A stretch of DNA of 61,581 bases, counting the filler, from Platydemus manokwari (Eukaryota): assembly GCA_037951405.1 (NCBI GenBank). It is 5 parts of 5 records of this genome, joined end to end, with 100 filler letters (N's around TTAATTAATTAA, not from the genome) between each part and the next. Parts side by side here need not be neighbours in the genome. Positions count along the whole stretch, not along the records: positions 32,875 to 45,075 come from JBBMOY010260004.1; positions 45,176 to 61,581 come from JBBMOY011178100.1; 3 more parts are not named here. One strand, written 5' to 3'. The notes under the pieces were generated by a model, which searched no databases, had not been told where the DNA came from, and was given only the letters and a program-made list of their open reading frames with translations. This document shows positions 38,521-52,618 of the stretch, in pieces (positions within the stretch are counted from its first letter, which is position 1; the number at the start of each line of letters is the position of its first letter). The position numbers and the translations under genes were made by a program.

Positions 38521-39700
38521 TGTATTATTATTATTATTGCATGAAATTTTAGTGCAAAACATTTTTATAAAAATTCAGGGAGATTTTATGAGTCCTTGGA
38601 ATATAAATATATCAGATAATACAATATAATATAGTATCATTAAACCTTAATTTATAATCTCATAATTAATAAGAAACCCGGTATTTATATAATAAATTAA
38701 AATCATTAAAGTACCATATAATAGATTCATTCATTAAAACAATGCACATAGTGAATTTATCTATGTAATAATCAAGCTGAATAAGTTATAGCGCACAACG
38801 AATAAAATATCCACCTAGAATAAATTAATCTCAGTGCATTAAATAAAATAAATTATCATGCATTTAATCACGGGGAATTTCTTTGTGCCATAGTGGAAAT
38901 TATTGCAGAGAACTTCTCACTGTCACGATAAATTCTAGCGCATTGAATACATATGCACTACATTAAATAAAATTCGCAGAGATTATCTGCGAATGACTCA
39001 ACGCTGCCTATATAAGGTAGTAATCACAATCAACACTGTTCAATAGTTACATAAGAAGAACCAGAATGTAACATTCCAGATCATTCCAAGAACACGCATT
39101 ATTATATCCGTCGTTTATGTGTATATAAGTAGCTTAAAAATTATAATTGTATAAAAGTATTAAATTTGTAACATTTAATTCTAATACATATTTTAGTATT
39201 AAAAATTAGTTTTGATATTAATTTAACATTTAGAATCTATAGGGCTCATAAATCCATCATTAAACATTTCATTGTCATTCGTCACCTTTGGAAGTTATTA
39301 TGGTGCATTATTAAATCAATCACAACTTATAGTTAAATCAATCACGTTGAAATAATAATAGGAGCGTTGATTAGGCTTAAATTAAATAAATCAATTTCCA
39401 CGCGTTCTGCTTATCTTCGCATAAGTTGAGAACGTAGAGGCGAAGCAACATCAATATTATTAGGTCTAAATACTAGCTGAAAGTCAAGACAGACTCTGAG
39501 AACTAATTAAGTCGCAGATCTCGATCAAAATCAAATGATAATTCATAAAGAAATAAAAGGTCAAAAATTAAGTTAAAGAAATATCAAAATGACATAATTG
39601 TAGATAAAATGTCTTCTAAAATAATGTTCAAGTGCTACAAAAGAAATATTACGTAGAATATCAATATAACTGCCTTTTTTCATAATTAACATAGTAACAA
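38521..39700 (+). mobile_element. Possible decayed LTR plus gag-like relic
   Basis: TGTA start, TATATAAG at ~39009, TTAACA at ~39227, then decayed coding-like sequence. Weak support. Confidence 0.25.
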
Positions 39701-40917
39701 AATTTTAGTGCAAAACTATGTGCAAGTTCGTGTTAATAAATTTTAAGCAAAATTTGACTGTTTCTTCTTATATAGTTTCGATATATTATGGTAAGTGCAT
39801 AACTAAGTTTAGAATGTTTTGCAATCATTTTTGGTAACAGTGTGCTATATTTAGCAACTTTTGTTTCTATTTTTATCTCTATATTTCTGGTATTAAATCT
39901 TGGCAGATACATTTAGATTTATTATTGATTTGTTAAAATTGATATATTTAAAGAAATGGCAAATTAATCCCGTATAACAAAATTTTAATTTCCTTGTTGT
40001 TTACACGATTTTGAAATTTTTAATCAACAGTAAGTATTTGTTAATTTATTTTTAGTTTTAACATTTTTATCTTAGTGAATCTTAACTTCTAATTTTAGAT
40101 ATTACTAATTTTAAATTCGTTAGTTTTCATTTTTAATTATTTATTCTGTTATTTATAGTTAATTTTCCCCAAGTTCCGTTACTCAGAAGTTGTATTAAAT
40201 ACAAACTATCCGCCAAACGATTCAGCTTATTAAAAAGGCATTATTAATTGACTACACAGGTAAATTGTTGATACTTTCACATAATTTTATGTTTTATTAT
40301 AATAAAAAACTTAAAAAGCATTTTTAAACATGCGATTTTAATTAATAAACGCACCCAGTATAATCAGATATTATAAATTGATTTGTAATAAATTAGGTAT
40401 TCTTCATTGTTTTAATATTTGTAAAAATTATTCAATCAAAGCATTTGTTCCAAAAATAAAATATTAATTTAAAACTCAGTGTTATGATGTCCAGCAAATA
40501 ACAAAAAGATTTTAATTAAACGAAAAAGTTTTGCTTCTTTTATCCATACAGAATATAATTAATAATGTAAAATAAAAAATTGGCTTTCTATTACTGTCTA
40601 TTCTTAATTTAAATGAAATACCTTCTTTTGCAACTTAAAACGAACTCAGATAAAACATCGATTATTTTTGCTTTGAAGTTCGGTTTCTTTCTTATGTCTT
40701 TGATCTCACTAATATTTTAGTTGTAGAATAAGCCATATTCTTATTAGTATTGCAGAAAAGATTGTCAGATTGGAAATCTAGAAATGTCGTCATTTAAACC
40801 TTACGGATTTTTGAGAAACGCAATACAGAAAACTGGATGACAAAGGATAAAATAAAAACATTTTATCATAATTTAAATGCTATTTTTCACTCAACTCTAT
40901 TAAATAAGACATCATTT

Positions 40918-43410
40918 TTATTTATTCATCTCAAAAACTCCCGACATCGAATATTTCAACTTTCGAACCATCTTCTCTTCTGTCTCACGATCATCGGTGT
41001 GATCTTTCCACTGAATTTTGTGGGGGCAATTGAGAATCTTAGAATTACTCAAAACAACTCTACAATGAAAATAATTAAGCAAAATGAAAGAAAATTTGTT
41101 TTTCGATGACATCATAAAATAGTAGATTTTGATTGGTTGATTTTATAACACTATATTGGACAGAAAAGGCAGACATTGATTTTTAGCGATAACGAGGCAA
41201 AATATTAAATGAAAATAAAGCTCAATCGTATTTGTTGTCAAGGGGAGAATAAACAAAATTTATATCAAAATTCCAAAAAACTAGTCCTGTGTCGTTGTCA
41301 TGGTGATGGATTTTTAATATTCATTAAAAAACAATCAATTTTACCGGCCAAATTGCAAGTCAAATCTCGACAGTTGAGACCGAGGAATCGCACCGAATAT
41401 TTTCGTTCCGTCGGAAAATTCCACATAAAAATATGGGATGTGAGGCTGGACAATCTGGAATGAGATGATATCAAGCATTAATATAACACGGGATACACAA
41501 TCGATATCTGTTTATCTATGCGAGCCGAGACGTCACGGTTTCGATTTCTAGCCAAGATAAATCAAATTTTACCTCTTCCAATTTCGTTCGGCTAGGAATC
41601 TCCCTAAAATTGTCTCCCGGTCCACCGATATTGGCTCCCAGATCCAAAAACAAAGCCTTGCAATCCTCCAGTTGGTCGTCATCAATCGGCACCACCTAAA
41701 ATCAATAATTTATCCATTAAGCGAAACCGAACGGCTGTATTATCCGACCTGAATACTAAAATGATTGGTTTTAAAATTCCTCTCGAAGAAAACAACGGCT
41801 TTCCGTTGAGACGCGTAGAAGGACGAGATTTTCCTCATGGTTTGTCGAATCTCCTTCATCACTTCCTTGGGACAGACAACATATGATTGATAATGACCAA
41901 CAGTGAGAATCATCATATGCTGATCACTGAGAGGTCCTCGAGACATTGCTGTGTAAATCTCATTGCCAATATGGACGATTAAATGCTTCTGCACTTCTGG
42001 ATTGCCCAAACAGAACCAACAGCCATCTCCGGTTTTCCTCTCTGGTTTAAAATCGTTTAAAAATCAATTCCCATTCATCAATTGCAAAACTTTTCTTTTC
42101 CTCCACTTCCTCGGAGCCCGGCTCCACTTTTCGTTTCCGGTCGGGCATGTCGTAGAAGAATTGTTTTTTCGCTACCGACTGGTTTGAAAATGAAAATCAA
42201 AAATGCCAAGATAAAGAATTACCAAAACGCTATCGATATTGATCGAGCTAAAGGGATTATCGGTTGTATTATTGGGTATTTGAAGCAGATCTGTCGATGA
42301 CATGAGCTCCATTGGGGTCAGCTGCATAGCGTAGCAGTACTGTAAGGATTTACATGGGATAATTGATTAAAATGACAAAAACATTTATCAGATAATAATT
42401 AATTGAAATGGATTCGGAGGGTCAAGAAACAAATTTTAAACTCTTGAATTAAAAATATTCAATTGCCCAGACGAATTAATCAATATGAATAATCATCGAA
42501 ACCCACTTTATCGTTATTGTGATTCTTGAAGGATGACAAAGCAATGAATCGAGTTACATGCTTGGGTTTCGTTAAATTCGATTTCTGATTTCTGAGAAAT
42601 TGTCAATCAATAAAACACTGGGTCAAATATATTTGAGGGAAAACGATTACTTATATGGTTGACGTTCGTAAAACATTTCCTTTCCAGCTGTAAAATGGTA
42701 TCGCGGTTGTACCAGAGCAGCTAGAGCGGATACTAAATCACTTCCCCAATCGGACGAAAATTGATTGTCAGGCAAACTATTACTACCGACTTCGATATTG
42801 GATGGCCATAAGTTTGTGAATAAAATGTCAATACCAGAATAACTGATATTTGTACACATTAACTGATTTGATATCTCCTTGATGTCCTGTGATTCGACCT
42901 GTTCCGAGCTCAAAAATGCGATATTTAGTTTATTTTGGAATTTCATTATCCCTTTATTTCCTATATTCATGGTATACTTTATTAAAACTTTATTATCCTT
43001 AAATACCTAAATATGTCATGTTTTTGCATATTTCAGATCCTTTCTCATCAATAATCGTTTTCAGCGAGTCTGGCAATTGGCTTATGATAAATGTTTCTAC
43101 AGAAGCTTAATTTGTTAATAAGATTTAGTAAAAACAATTGCTGTACATGTCTTTTTCCCTTTTAAATAATCATTCAGAAAACTGGCATCTTCACCAAAAA
43201 AGTTTCCAACACAAAACAAGCTCTTGAAAATATTGTAAAGCAAATTAATAATATTCCATTAATTACATCAAATTTTCCATTTTTCTTTTCAATAATAGAA
43301 ATTTTTTTGTAGACTTCGTCTAATTTTCCTTTTACGTCGCCACAAATTAATCTAAAAATTTTTGTAAATATATAAATATTAAACAATTAATTTTACAATT
43401 TTAAAGACAT
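40918..43410 (-). CDS. CWF19L1: CWF19-like protein 1 (Drn1 homolog; lariat-debranching cofactor), multi-exon
   Basis: Spliced N-terminus MSLKLLICGDVKGK...NGKFDSLFCVGNFFG; DILFTNLWP...PRYHF...FYERQPY; CwfJ domain CWFCLGNPEVQKHLIV...GPL...H...GH...FFERNFKTNH, PYFYVE...QFGR. Stop at 40918. Not all internal exon boundaries were resolved. Confidence 0.93.
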
Positions 43411-44998
43411 AGCACAATTCACTATTATTTAAACAAAAGTGTACTTCATGAAACTTTTATTCAAATCAAAACATTTTTGCGAATTTCGCTTTAAATTTTC
43501 GTTTTTAAAGTATTGGCTAATTTAATATTGGTTATTAATTATTAAACCTAATTAAATTACTGATAAGTCATTATTAAATATTGAATAAAGATAAAGTATG
43601 CCTCATTTATAAGAAAACATCAGAAAGTGTGAAATTCAATATAGATAACAAAATAATATCTATAAAATATCTAAGTCGAGATAAATGTTATAAAGTAGTG
43701 TCAAACATGTTTATTTTGTTGTTAATATCCACATTTTTTATTTCTACTTCTACATTATCCGCATAAATTCGCTAGTTCTTACATTATTCAGGGGGACAAT
43801 GCTTATTTCAAAAAATTATTTGATTTTCTCAATTTCGCTTTTATTAATGTTTCAGAATTTACCTTGTGTGTGATTTTTAATAGAGCTTCAGTGTGAAGGA
43901 TAGATAGTTTAATAGTTAAATCGAGTTCACTGTTTTATACCATATTGTCATAACTTGATTGTATTTATTTTAATCAAAGACCATGACCATAAAAGAATGA
44001 GTAAAATGCTTAAAAATTATTTACCACAAAACATGGTTTTAAATCTCACACTTTAATTACCACAATTAAAATTATTGAGTCACCAACACGAGCCCTATAT
44101 AATTGGTGCATCTGAGAATTATTTTTGTCTCTTTTTATTTATTTTTCAAAAATCAAATATACAATTAACTGAAACAAATTATTTATCTGATGAGGATACA
44201 CTTTGTAAATACACTTTACCAACTCCTATTTATCAAACAAACAAACTCCTACTTATCAAATAAGCAAATCACAATCAAACCCATTACAACAAAATCACAA
44301 ACTTCTATTTATCAAACAACCAAATAAATCAAACAGCACTAATATATTCCTATCACAATCAAATTACAATATATAACAACCAAACTAATTATCACAACTT
44401 CTGAACTTCTACTTGTTTACTCCTATAAACTGCAATCATCAAAGAAATCTTCGATAATACTCAGATGATAATCTCTCAACTTCAATCAACAATCCAATCT
44501 TTTTCGGTCAATTACCCAGTAATCAAAACAGTTCAGCTATCCCATCTATACCTTTCCAAACAACCAAATCCCTCAATCCACAAATCTATCAAAGCACTCC
44601 TTGACAAATCCACAAAGCTATCAAGTAACCAAACAATATCAATCAATCAATATCAGTAATGTGACTGACGATATCCCCAAAAACTTAATTAGCGTGAAAA
44701 TAACCATTAATATTTTATCTTTACTTACTTTTGATACTTTATCCATTAGTGTTTTATCTTTATTTGCTGTATTTGACATTAGTATTTTATCCATATTTGC
44801 CTTTGATATTAACTTCATTTTTATGTGTTCAAGTGCTTGATATCTGTGGATTATTATCTTATGAAACATTTTGAGTTTTCAATTCTTTTGTCTTCTAAAC
44901 TGGAGAAAGCAAGAAGCGACACATTTTAAAACATTTAAAAATAATAAAATAAATAGATAATAGTAGAGGACAGAAATGGCTATATTAATAATGTGCAG

Positions 44999-45000
<2 letters not shown>

Positions 45001-45045
<45 letters not shown>
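45001..45045. repeat. (AAT)15 microsatellite
   Basis: Perfect AAT run next to the contig end. Confidence 0.95.
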
Positions 45046-45075
45046 TTAGTAATTAAAACGAATATTAATAACAAT

Positions 45076-45175
45076 NNNNNNNNNNNNNNNNNNNNNNNNN
45101 NNNNNNNNNNNNNNNNNNNTTAATTAATTAANNNNNNNNNNNNNNNNNNNNNNNNNNNNNNNNNNNNNNNNNNNN
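45076..45175. other. Artificial contig linker (N44-TTAATTAATTAA-N44)
   Basis: Identical 100-bp linker. Confidence 0.97.
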
Positions 45176-47599
45176 TTCAGCGTTATAACAATTTGTGTTA
45201 ATAAAATACCTGCATAAAAACATGAATAACTTTTGACTCAACCTGGTATATAATAAAAAATAAAATATATAAAAAATAAAAATGCATATATTTTTTAAAC
45301 AAACTTATTGTTGAGATACGTTTCAAATGAAAAGTGGCTAAAATTCCATAATCCCACTTACCTTTTCCTTCAATCTCTAAAATATTGAAATCATTTCCAA
45401 AAAACCCCAGAACGTCTCTAAATCGGTTTTCAAAACAACAATAATTGTTTCACCGAATAAGTAACTCATCTTTAGACACAAGTAGAATTAAAAAATAGCA
45501 ACACATTATCTAATCAGTATTTCTGTATATGATATACAATTTTTATACCTTAACAATAATAATATTTTTCCTTCAATTCCGTGTCGTGTCATGTATATAT
45601 TGGTAAACCATTTATCAATTCAGTTTTATCTTTACTCTTAATCTTAATTAATGTCAAAACGAAAATGGCACAGTAAAAAAAATTTAATAAATAATAATAA
45701 AGTTAATAACAAATTTAGTAATAAATAAATAATAATAATGTCAGTGACAAAACATAAATAATTAGTACATAAATTAATTAAAAATTATAAAGTTAATGAA
45801 AATGAATAGAAAACATTAATAAATGAGAATATTCAAACTTAAAACCTCTACAGACTTGTATATAATATTTAAGAGAAAGAATAACCTACAAAAACTTTGA
45901 TCTATCTATGGTATAATTGAGATTAAATCACAAAAATGAAATCAAGTCAAATCACCATAATCAATTAAACAGAAATAACACAATACATAAAGTTATACTT
46001 AAAAATAAAGACAGGGACAATATATAATTATAAAATTTGAATTATGAGACCCAGCCAATATAAATTCGATTAAAATAACAATTTCATTATAAAAACCCCC
46101 TATAAATAATGGAAAGAAACACAAAAACAAGAATAAACTAGTGAATTTTATATATTGCAAGCACGATTAATTTATTGGGTTCTTATACACTAAGTCACGA
46201 TCACACTCTGATGAGTCTTTGTACCTGTAGAGAAGTTTAATTACAAAACAGAACTTTCATTATTTAATTATATCCCCACAACCCCCAAAATTTAATTAGC
46301 ACAAAATTTAACTAGAGTACAACTGACATATCAAGTCGCTCTTTTATTTTGTACAGATCTGATTACATATATGATTATTTAAATTCAACTTAGCTATTAA
46401 TTTATGTCTAATATTTATTAATTAATTCCCGCAACTGTTAATCCAAGTTTTGTGTTGGTTGGTTCCAATGTATTTTGAAAATAATTGAAATATATGGTTT
46501 TGCTAGATTGAGCTTACTCAAATTCTGTGACCCAGTTTGTTTATTTTAACTTCATCTGTCAATTATTTACTGTGCCCTCCTTATTTTTAACATTTCTTCT
46601 GGTAACTGTCTTGTTTGATTCTTCTTAAACAAGTTATTGATCAGTAATCAAAATGCTCTCAATGATAATGAACAAAGACTCAACAGATTTGTAGATGGTT
46701 CAAGATTAAAGTATATATGTAACGTATTGCGCTGCTGATTAAAATTGTGTTACTTCCGGATCAACGATTAGTCATCCAAATATATAAATGAAGTGATAAG
46801 TCTTTACATATAAATTAGAGCAGAAATTTTCGATGGTACATCAATTATGGATTAACCAATATCAACAAGAGACAGCAGATAGGCTAAAGAAGTGAAAGAT
46901 TTTGCTTCAGATGATGAAGAATTAAGAGGAACATAAAACACTAGAGGACCAATACCAAGATAAATAAATTAATACACTCATGATATTCTTTATAAAAAAT
47001 ATTGAAGGTAATGAGCATTACAGGTCGGAAAGTTTGGGGAATGTGTCATACCCTCAAAACATTAATAATTTGTTCGTCAAGAATGATAAGTGCCATAGGA
47101 ATATTGGTAATTATAGTACAATTACAGGATCAACAATATTGTTCTAACACTTCTATAACTTACAATGTAGAAGAACATAAACTTCTAAAGTTTATTTTGA
47201 AACATGTTGAATAATTAAAACAAAATTAAAGCAGAATTTATTGTCAAAGCACCATATTATGTCTCAATAAGAAACCATTATTGCTGAAGAAATGTTAGCA
47301 GTAAAACCTCGGCGCACAGAGACTTTCAAGGGAATTTAGGAAACAAATACAGAGTATTTGCTTTATAACTGTATGTAATCTTGTTCATGTAGATCAAAAT
47401 GAATTGTACAGGCAAAAGTAGATAATCAGTTGATTGAAATAAATGAAATTGAAAGCTCAAAGGAGCTGATATCGATATCTGCGTACATTGCGATGGAAAT
47501 TATAGATTAATAGTTATAGTGATTAATACTAATACACCAATAAAGATAGCTTCATAGCTATGATCATAAGTGTATTGTAATAACTTTGAATTAAGAAGT

Positions 47600-48400
47600 G
47601 ATCTTAAGATTTATGATAGTCCGGTCCGGATAGTTGATTGTCATAACCAGTATAAATATCTTGGAGTTCCATTCGGTTCTCCTAAGAGAAAAGATATTGA
47701 TAATATTTTAAAAAATATCATCTCTGACTATAAAATGAGTTGAGATACGGAGTTACATCCGAGCCAAAAGCTAACTTCCTTTAGAGTGTTTTTACACTCT
47801 AGACTGCCATTTCATCTTTGAAACAGAGAAGTCAGTATTTTATTTCTTTCCTCTTCTCACAAGAGGCAAATGAGTGATAAACCCAGAGAACTTGGTTTGG
47901 AGGAAAAGAAACGCCAATTGGTTAAAAATGCAATCGTTTGTTGATTTCTTTCAGGCGACAAATAATGACTTTCTATATACTTGTAGGAAACTAAGTGGTT
48001 TGGGCATTGTGCCAGCTGAGATAGACTATTATATCCAAAGTGTTGTCGGAGGTTTTGAATTGAGCTGAGTATTATACTCTTTGTAAGTCCAACCGGGTTT
48101 CTCTTGGGATTCCAGGCTAGTCAATGAATGTAAGTTTTGTGACCTTGGATCCAACCACTTGAGTTCTTACGAACTTGGCCTAAAAAAACGATCTAAGACT
48201 TGCGACATCGGCCCCTGGTGTTTGTTCTTATCAGAACTCCGCCAACTAGTCTGGTATAAACTGAGTTCTGACTCTTGCATGAACCTTTTAGTTTTAGGCA
48301 GAAAAATTATACCATTTCCATGGTGACGCGGTACTTTGTGCCAGGGTATTTTATGCCCCAAATCCTATGTGTTTTGAGCATACAAGTTCGATTGAAAGAG
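47600..48400 (+). mobile_element. Decayed non-LTR retrotransposon, R2/NeSL-like RT C-terminal/thumb region
   Basis: YKYLGVPFG...LHPSQKLTSFRVFLHSRLPF...FLYTCRKLSGLGI, which are hallmark motifs of RLE-type LINEs. Stops and frameshifts present. Possibly extends upstream to ~46850. Confidence 0.7.
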
Positions 48401-49591
48401 CCTCTAAATAACTACTGTTATGAGCAATGCATGTAGCGAGCAGGTCAAGATAATCAGACTGCCACATTGAAGTGCTAGATGAAGATAAGCTATTGTGAGT
48501 ATTGCTTAGAAGAATCAAACCATAACGTTTGACAAATTACAAAAGTTATTAAAAAAGAAAAATTGTGAAGAAAATGTAATCGGGTAAAGTAAGACATTTG
48601 AATGACATTTTATAGTGTTTCCAAATAAGCATAACTTTGTATATATAACTGAATGTTATAAAGAAAATTCATTTTTTGTAAATTTGTTCAGATTCTAATT
48701 TATCAAAATACTACTGGATAAGATACTACACCAATATACAATATCCGCAATATTTGGAATTGTGCTCTCGTTATAATTATGTCAAACACACTCATAATAT
48801 ATTACTGTTTGCACCTTGCCTGTGGTCCGATTGCAATTGTTACTGAATTCTTAGTAAATTAAGGAAGTATTTAAATTTTTTTCTTGCTGGATATTTCACA
48901 AGAAAATATTATTGACTTTCTTATTTTATTTTTACTATCCTAATTGTCATTTTTTGTCATTCATGATGTGTTTTGATTTATAAACCATTTTTTGACCTTA
49001 TTACAATTTAAATATTAGACATTTCACATGTTTTTTAAAAAAAATTAGGCGTTATTTATATAAATTTAGACATAACTTAGATATATCTATCATATATCTA
49101 TGATTCAGAGTTTTTGCATTCTTCCAAGCATATTTTCAGTTCGAAAGCAGCTCGATTTGACCTTTTTTACATGAATTTATGTTCAACTTGTTCGATCTAG
49201 TACAATCCTCATAAATACTAGACTCTCAGGCCATATTATTATGCCAAATATTATATTTTTAGAGCTGAAGATTAAAATTGAGATTTTTAAATAAACATTA
49301 TCGTAAAGTGTATTTTGTAAACTGCAGATTTGATACGCAATTTCCTTCATAAATGTTTGAACTATTAATGCTATATGTAAAATAATCCAATTTGAAATGT
49401 CCTAGTATTAACCATTACAAATATATGCAAATTGAAAATATCACTTTTAAAATATATTTTGAAGTTTTAATTATTACATATTAACTCATAAAATATTTTC
49501 ACTTTTAATTTGTTTTAATATTTATTGCAATAAATAGTAAGGCATGTCAATTTTTGTTTTTGTATTTTTGTATTTTAATATTATTATCTAG

Positions 49592-50324
49592 ATGGAAGTT
49601 ATTAATAAAAATTTTAACGCAATTCCTGAGACTGCATTCTTAAAATCAGATGAACAGGAGTTCGACAATGTTAAAGTTATTTTGAATGTCATATATAAAG
49701 AAATTCCTAAAAATCCAAGCTTTATCACAATACCAATTCCACACAATAATTTAAAAAATTCTATCTGTATTGTTATTAAAGATTTGGACAGGGATAGTGA
49801 AGTGTCTATTAAAAAATTTCAAAAGTCTATGCAAAAAGAGTCTATTGATTTAAGTACTGTTAGAATACTTCCACTTAAAGAGCTAAGTCTTATGCAATAT
49901 GTCGAAAAACGCAATTTAAGTGCATCTCACCAAATATTTTTAATTGACAAAAGAATCGCTCATAGAGGTATGGCTAAATTGGGTAAAACCATTTTGAAAA
50001 AACACAATCATCCAATTCCGGTTGATTTTAAGGATAGTATTTCAAAAGCTGTAAAATTTGGACAGTCACATATTCGAATGGCTTTAAAAGCTAAAGGACC
50101 TATGGAATCAGTTGAGATTGGAAACTTGGACATGTCGAAAGAACATATAAAAGAAAACTTTTCATCATGTGTAAGTAATTTTTGTCTCAATTTCAGACCG
50201 AATATTATTGAATGTTTAGGTTGAATCAATTATTGCTAAATGGCCAGGGAATATCGAAAATATCAGGTCAATCTATGTGAAAGCTACTGGACCAACATAC
50301 CCAGTTTATCATGATATCAAATAA
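49592..50324 (+). CDS. RSL1D1: Ribosomal L1 domain-containing protein 1-like (exons 49592-50170, 50220-50324; ~227 aa)
   Basis: IPIPH...ICIVIKD...FLIDKRI...LGK...PIPV...EIGNLDM...ENF. A 49-bp GTAAGT..TTTAG intron adds VESIIAKWPGNIENIRSIYVKATGPTYPVY. The ATG directly follows an AG acceptor, so an upstream exon is possible. Confidence 0.85.
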
Positions 50325-52217
50325 ATGTTGATTAGTTCTCATTCTTATATTTATGCTATTAAATATCAACTTATAGATTATGTATTTATTTTTTGGCTTT
50401 TTAATTAATAAAAAATTGTAATCTTATTTTATCCGATTTTTCAGAAATTTTTTTCTTGGTTTTCAGGAATGATCGAGGTGTTTGTTTGAAACGAAAATGC
50501 TTTTTATATTTTTTTGTGTTTGAAAAAGCTGGTTTATTTGTTATCACGCACGTGAATGACTCCGCAATTGAAACAATAATGTGGACAAATAATGTTGATA
50601 TCCTTTGCAATAGGAAGACTCACTGCATACTGTTATATTGAATATTAATGCGATTCTAATCTTAATAAAGTGATTTATGTGTGATATAAAACATTAAACC
50701 AGTAAAGTAATAAAACAATAATTTTGTAAATGAGTTTGAATTCATTTGATTATCTGGCTTTGTTTTATTTTTTTCACGCTATTTTAAATTCGGAAATAAC
50801 CTGCAAAGAGTTATATACAGGTTCTGTAACCCATTTACAAATTACCAATTTGATTCCCTTTGCACATCAATACATATTTAGACTTCAATGATCAGTTAGC
50901 GCATAATAAACAACAGGCAGTAATCACTGAGATTCGACAATGGTACCAGAAATACAAATATATCTGCTAATGGACCGACATGTGAAAAGTAAATGAAAAG
51001 AGTAAATCTGTCACATCAAGTGTTCGCACACGATAGGACTTATATAAGGTGTTGGATTACACGAGCATCTATCAGTCTTTTTGGTCGAGAACTCCTATTC
51101 TGTGCGACTATTTCTAAAAATCTTGTATTGTGTTTGTAGTTGTATAAATCAAACTCAACATTCTGAGCACTATATGAAGATGTTCGATTGAATGGTTGTT
51201 TGTATGTTATCCTTTGAGATATTTACTTTTTAACAAAAACAAAAATCGAGATTTAAAAACCCTTATATTGATCAAAAAAATTAATTCACTATGAACGCTA
51301 ATTTATCTTTAAATTTCAATATATTGCTCGTAAAATGAGTAGTCTAAACAATGCCAATTGGTTAAAATCGATGTCGCACTGCTACCTTGAAAACCTTTAC
51401 AAAGATAAGGAAAAGTCAATAGTTTGTAATTACCTTTCGATAAACATCTATTCAAGTCAAGAGCTTCTCAAGAACTTAGCATATTTTAGGAGACCCTTAA
51501 AATTCAAATATTGATGAAGGTTCCACTACTCATAATTCGTGTCCTAATCTATAATTCAACTCATTTTATTCGATTTTAGACATTTGGTGCATCTTTTTAC
51601 TTTTCTAATTGGTGCAAATTTTATAATGCCAATAATTCTCTTCCACTTCCTATAACTGTGTGGTCTATTATCTACATGCTACAGTGATCACCACGGTCTG
51701 TTAAACATTGTTTTTGTAATGTTATTTGTGACTGTTCAATTTATTTTGTATTTTATTCAACTATATCGTCATTACAAAATCATGAACAAAATTAGAATCA
51801 TTAAAACTCCAATAATTGATCACATAATGTTAATCTTTGTAAATCAACCTCATGAAACAAACGTGATCGAATTAATGTTTCGTTAAATCGAACAATTTTT
51901 AAAATTAACCTAATTTTTTGTGACAGTATTATACTATCCATAGAAGTGCCATTATAGTTGAATAAATTATAAAATAGTGGCATCTATTAAAATCTCAAAC
52001 TACATCAGAACAATTTTATTATTTTAGACATACCAATATTAATTAATATTATTTTGCTTTTTAATTGTTCTGAACAAATTAATCTGATTCACAGCGTGTG
52101 ATGAAACAGTGATCATCTGATATAGTGGAGCGGAGTGCTTTTGAAACTCTTCTAGCCAATCATAATTACCGTTGAAAGTTAATTGGTGAACAATATAAAT
52201 ATTATTGATGCATAATA

Positions 52218-52440
52218 CAAGGTGTCCAAAAAGTTTCGCCCGATTTTATAAGATAAACGAATGTAAGTTTTCAATGAATTTTACTGTGTGGTGAATAAGA
52301 ACTACCAGCATAATGATAACTATGTATGAACCAAAGATGCAACAATGATTCCGTTGTTCTCATTCACCATGCAATAAAATTCATTGAAAACTTACATTCG
52401 TTTATCTTATAAAATCGGGCGAAACTTTTTGGACACCTTG
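52218..52440. mobile_element. Tc1/mariner-type MITE, 223 bp, 66-bp perfect TIRs, TA TSD
   Basis: TA|CAAGGTGTCCAAAAAGTTTCGCCCG...CGGGCGAAACTTTTTGGACACCTTG|TA. Confidence 0.92.
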
Positions 52441-52618
52441 TATTATTATTCATCAATCATATTTATATTTTTCACCAATCCTGTTTATCTATTGTTCATG
52501 TCAATTACAGAATTAAAATCCCATTCAACACTTAATCAATACAAATTGATTTAATTTATGCAATATTTCATAAAATATATTGATTATAGAAACTATATTT
52601 GAAGATTTTACTTACAAG

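Noticed and set aside
40837-42300. Plus-strand ORFs of 72-90 aa
   Set aside because: Antisense to CWF19L1 exons with no recognisable motifs.
44000-44880. Short ORFs with EPYIIGASE (APE-endonuclease-like) and MDKIL-type repeats
   Set aside because: Low-complexity, strand-biased sequence. Possibly a LINE relic, but too decayed to call.
50400-51200. Coding-like minus-strand sequence downstream of RSL1D1
   Set aside because: Stops in the frames I read, and no family recognised.
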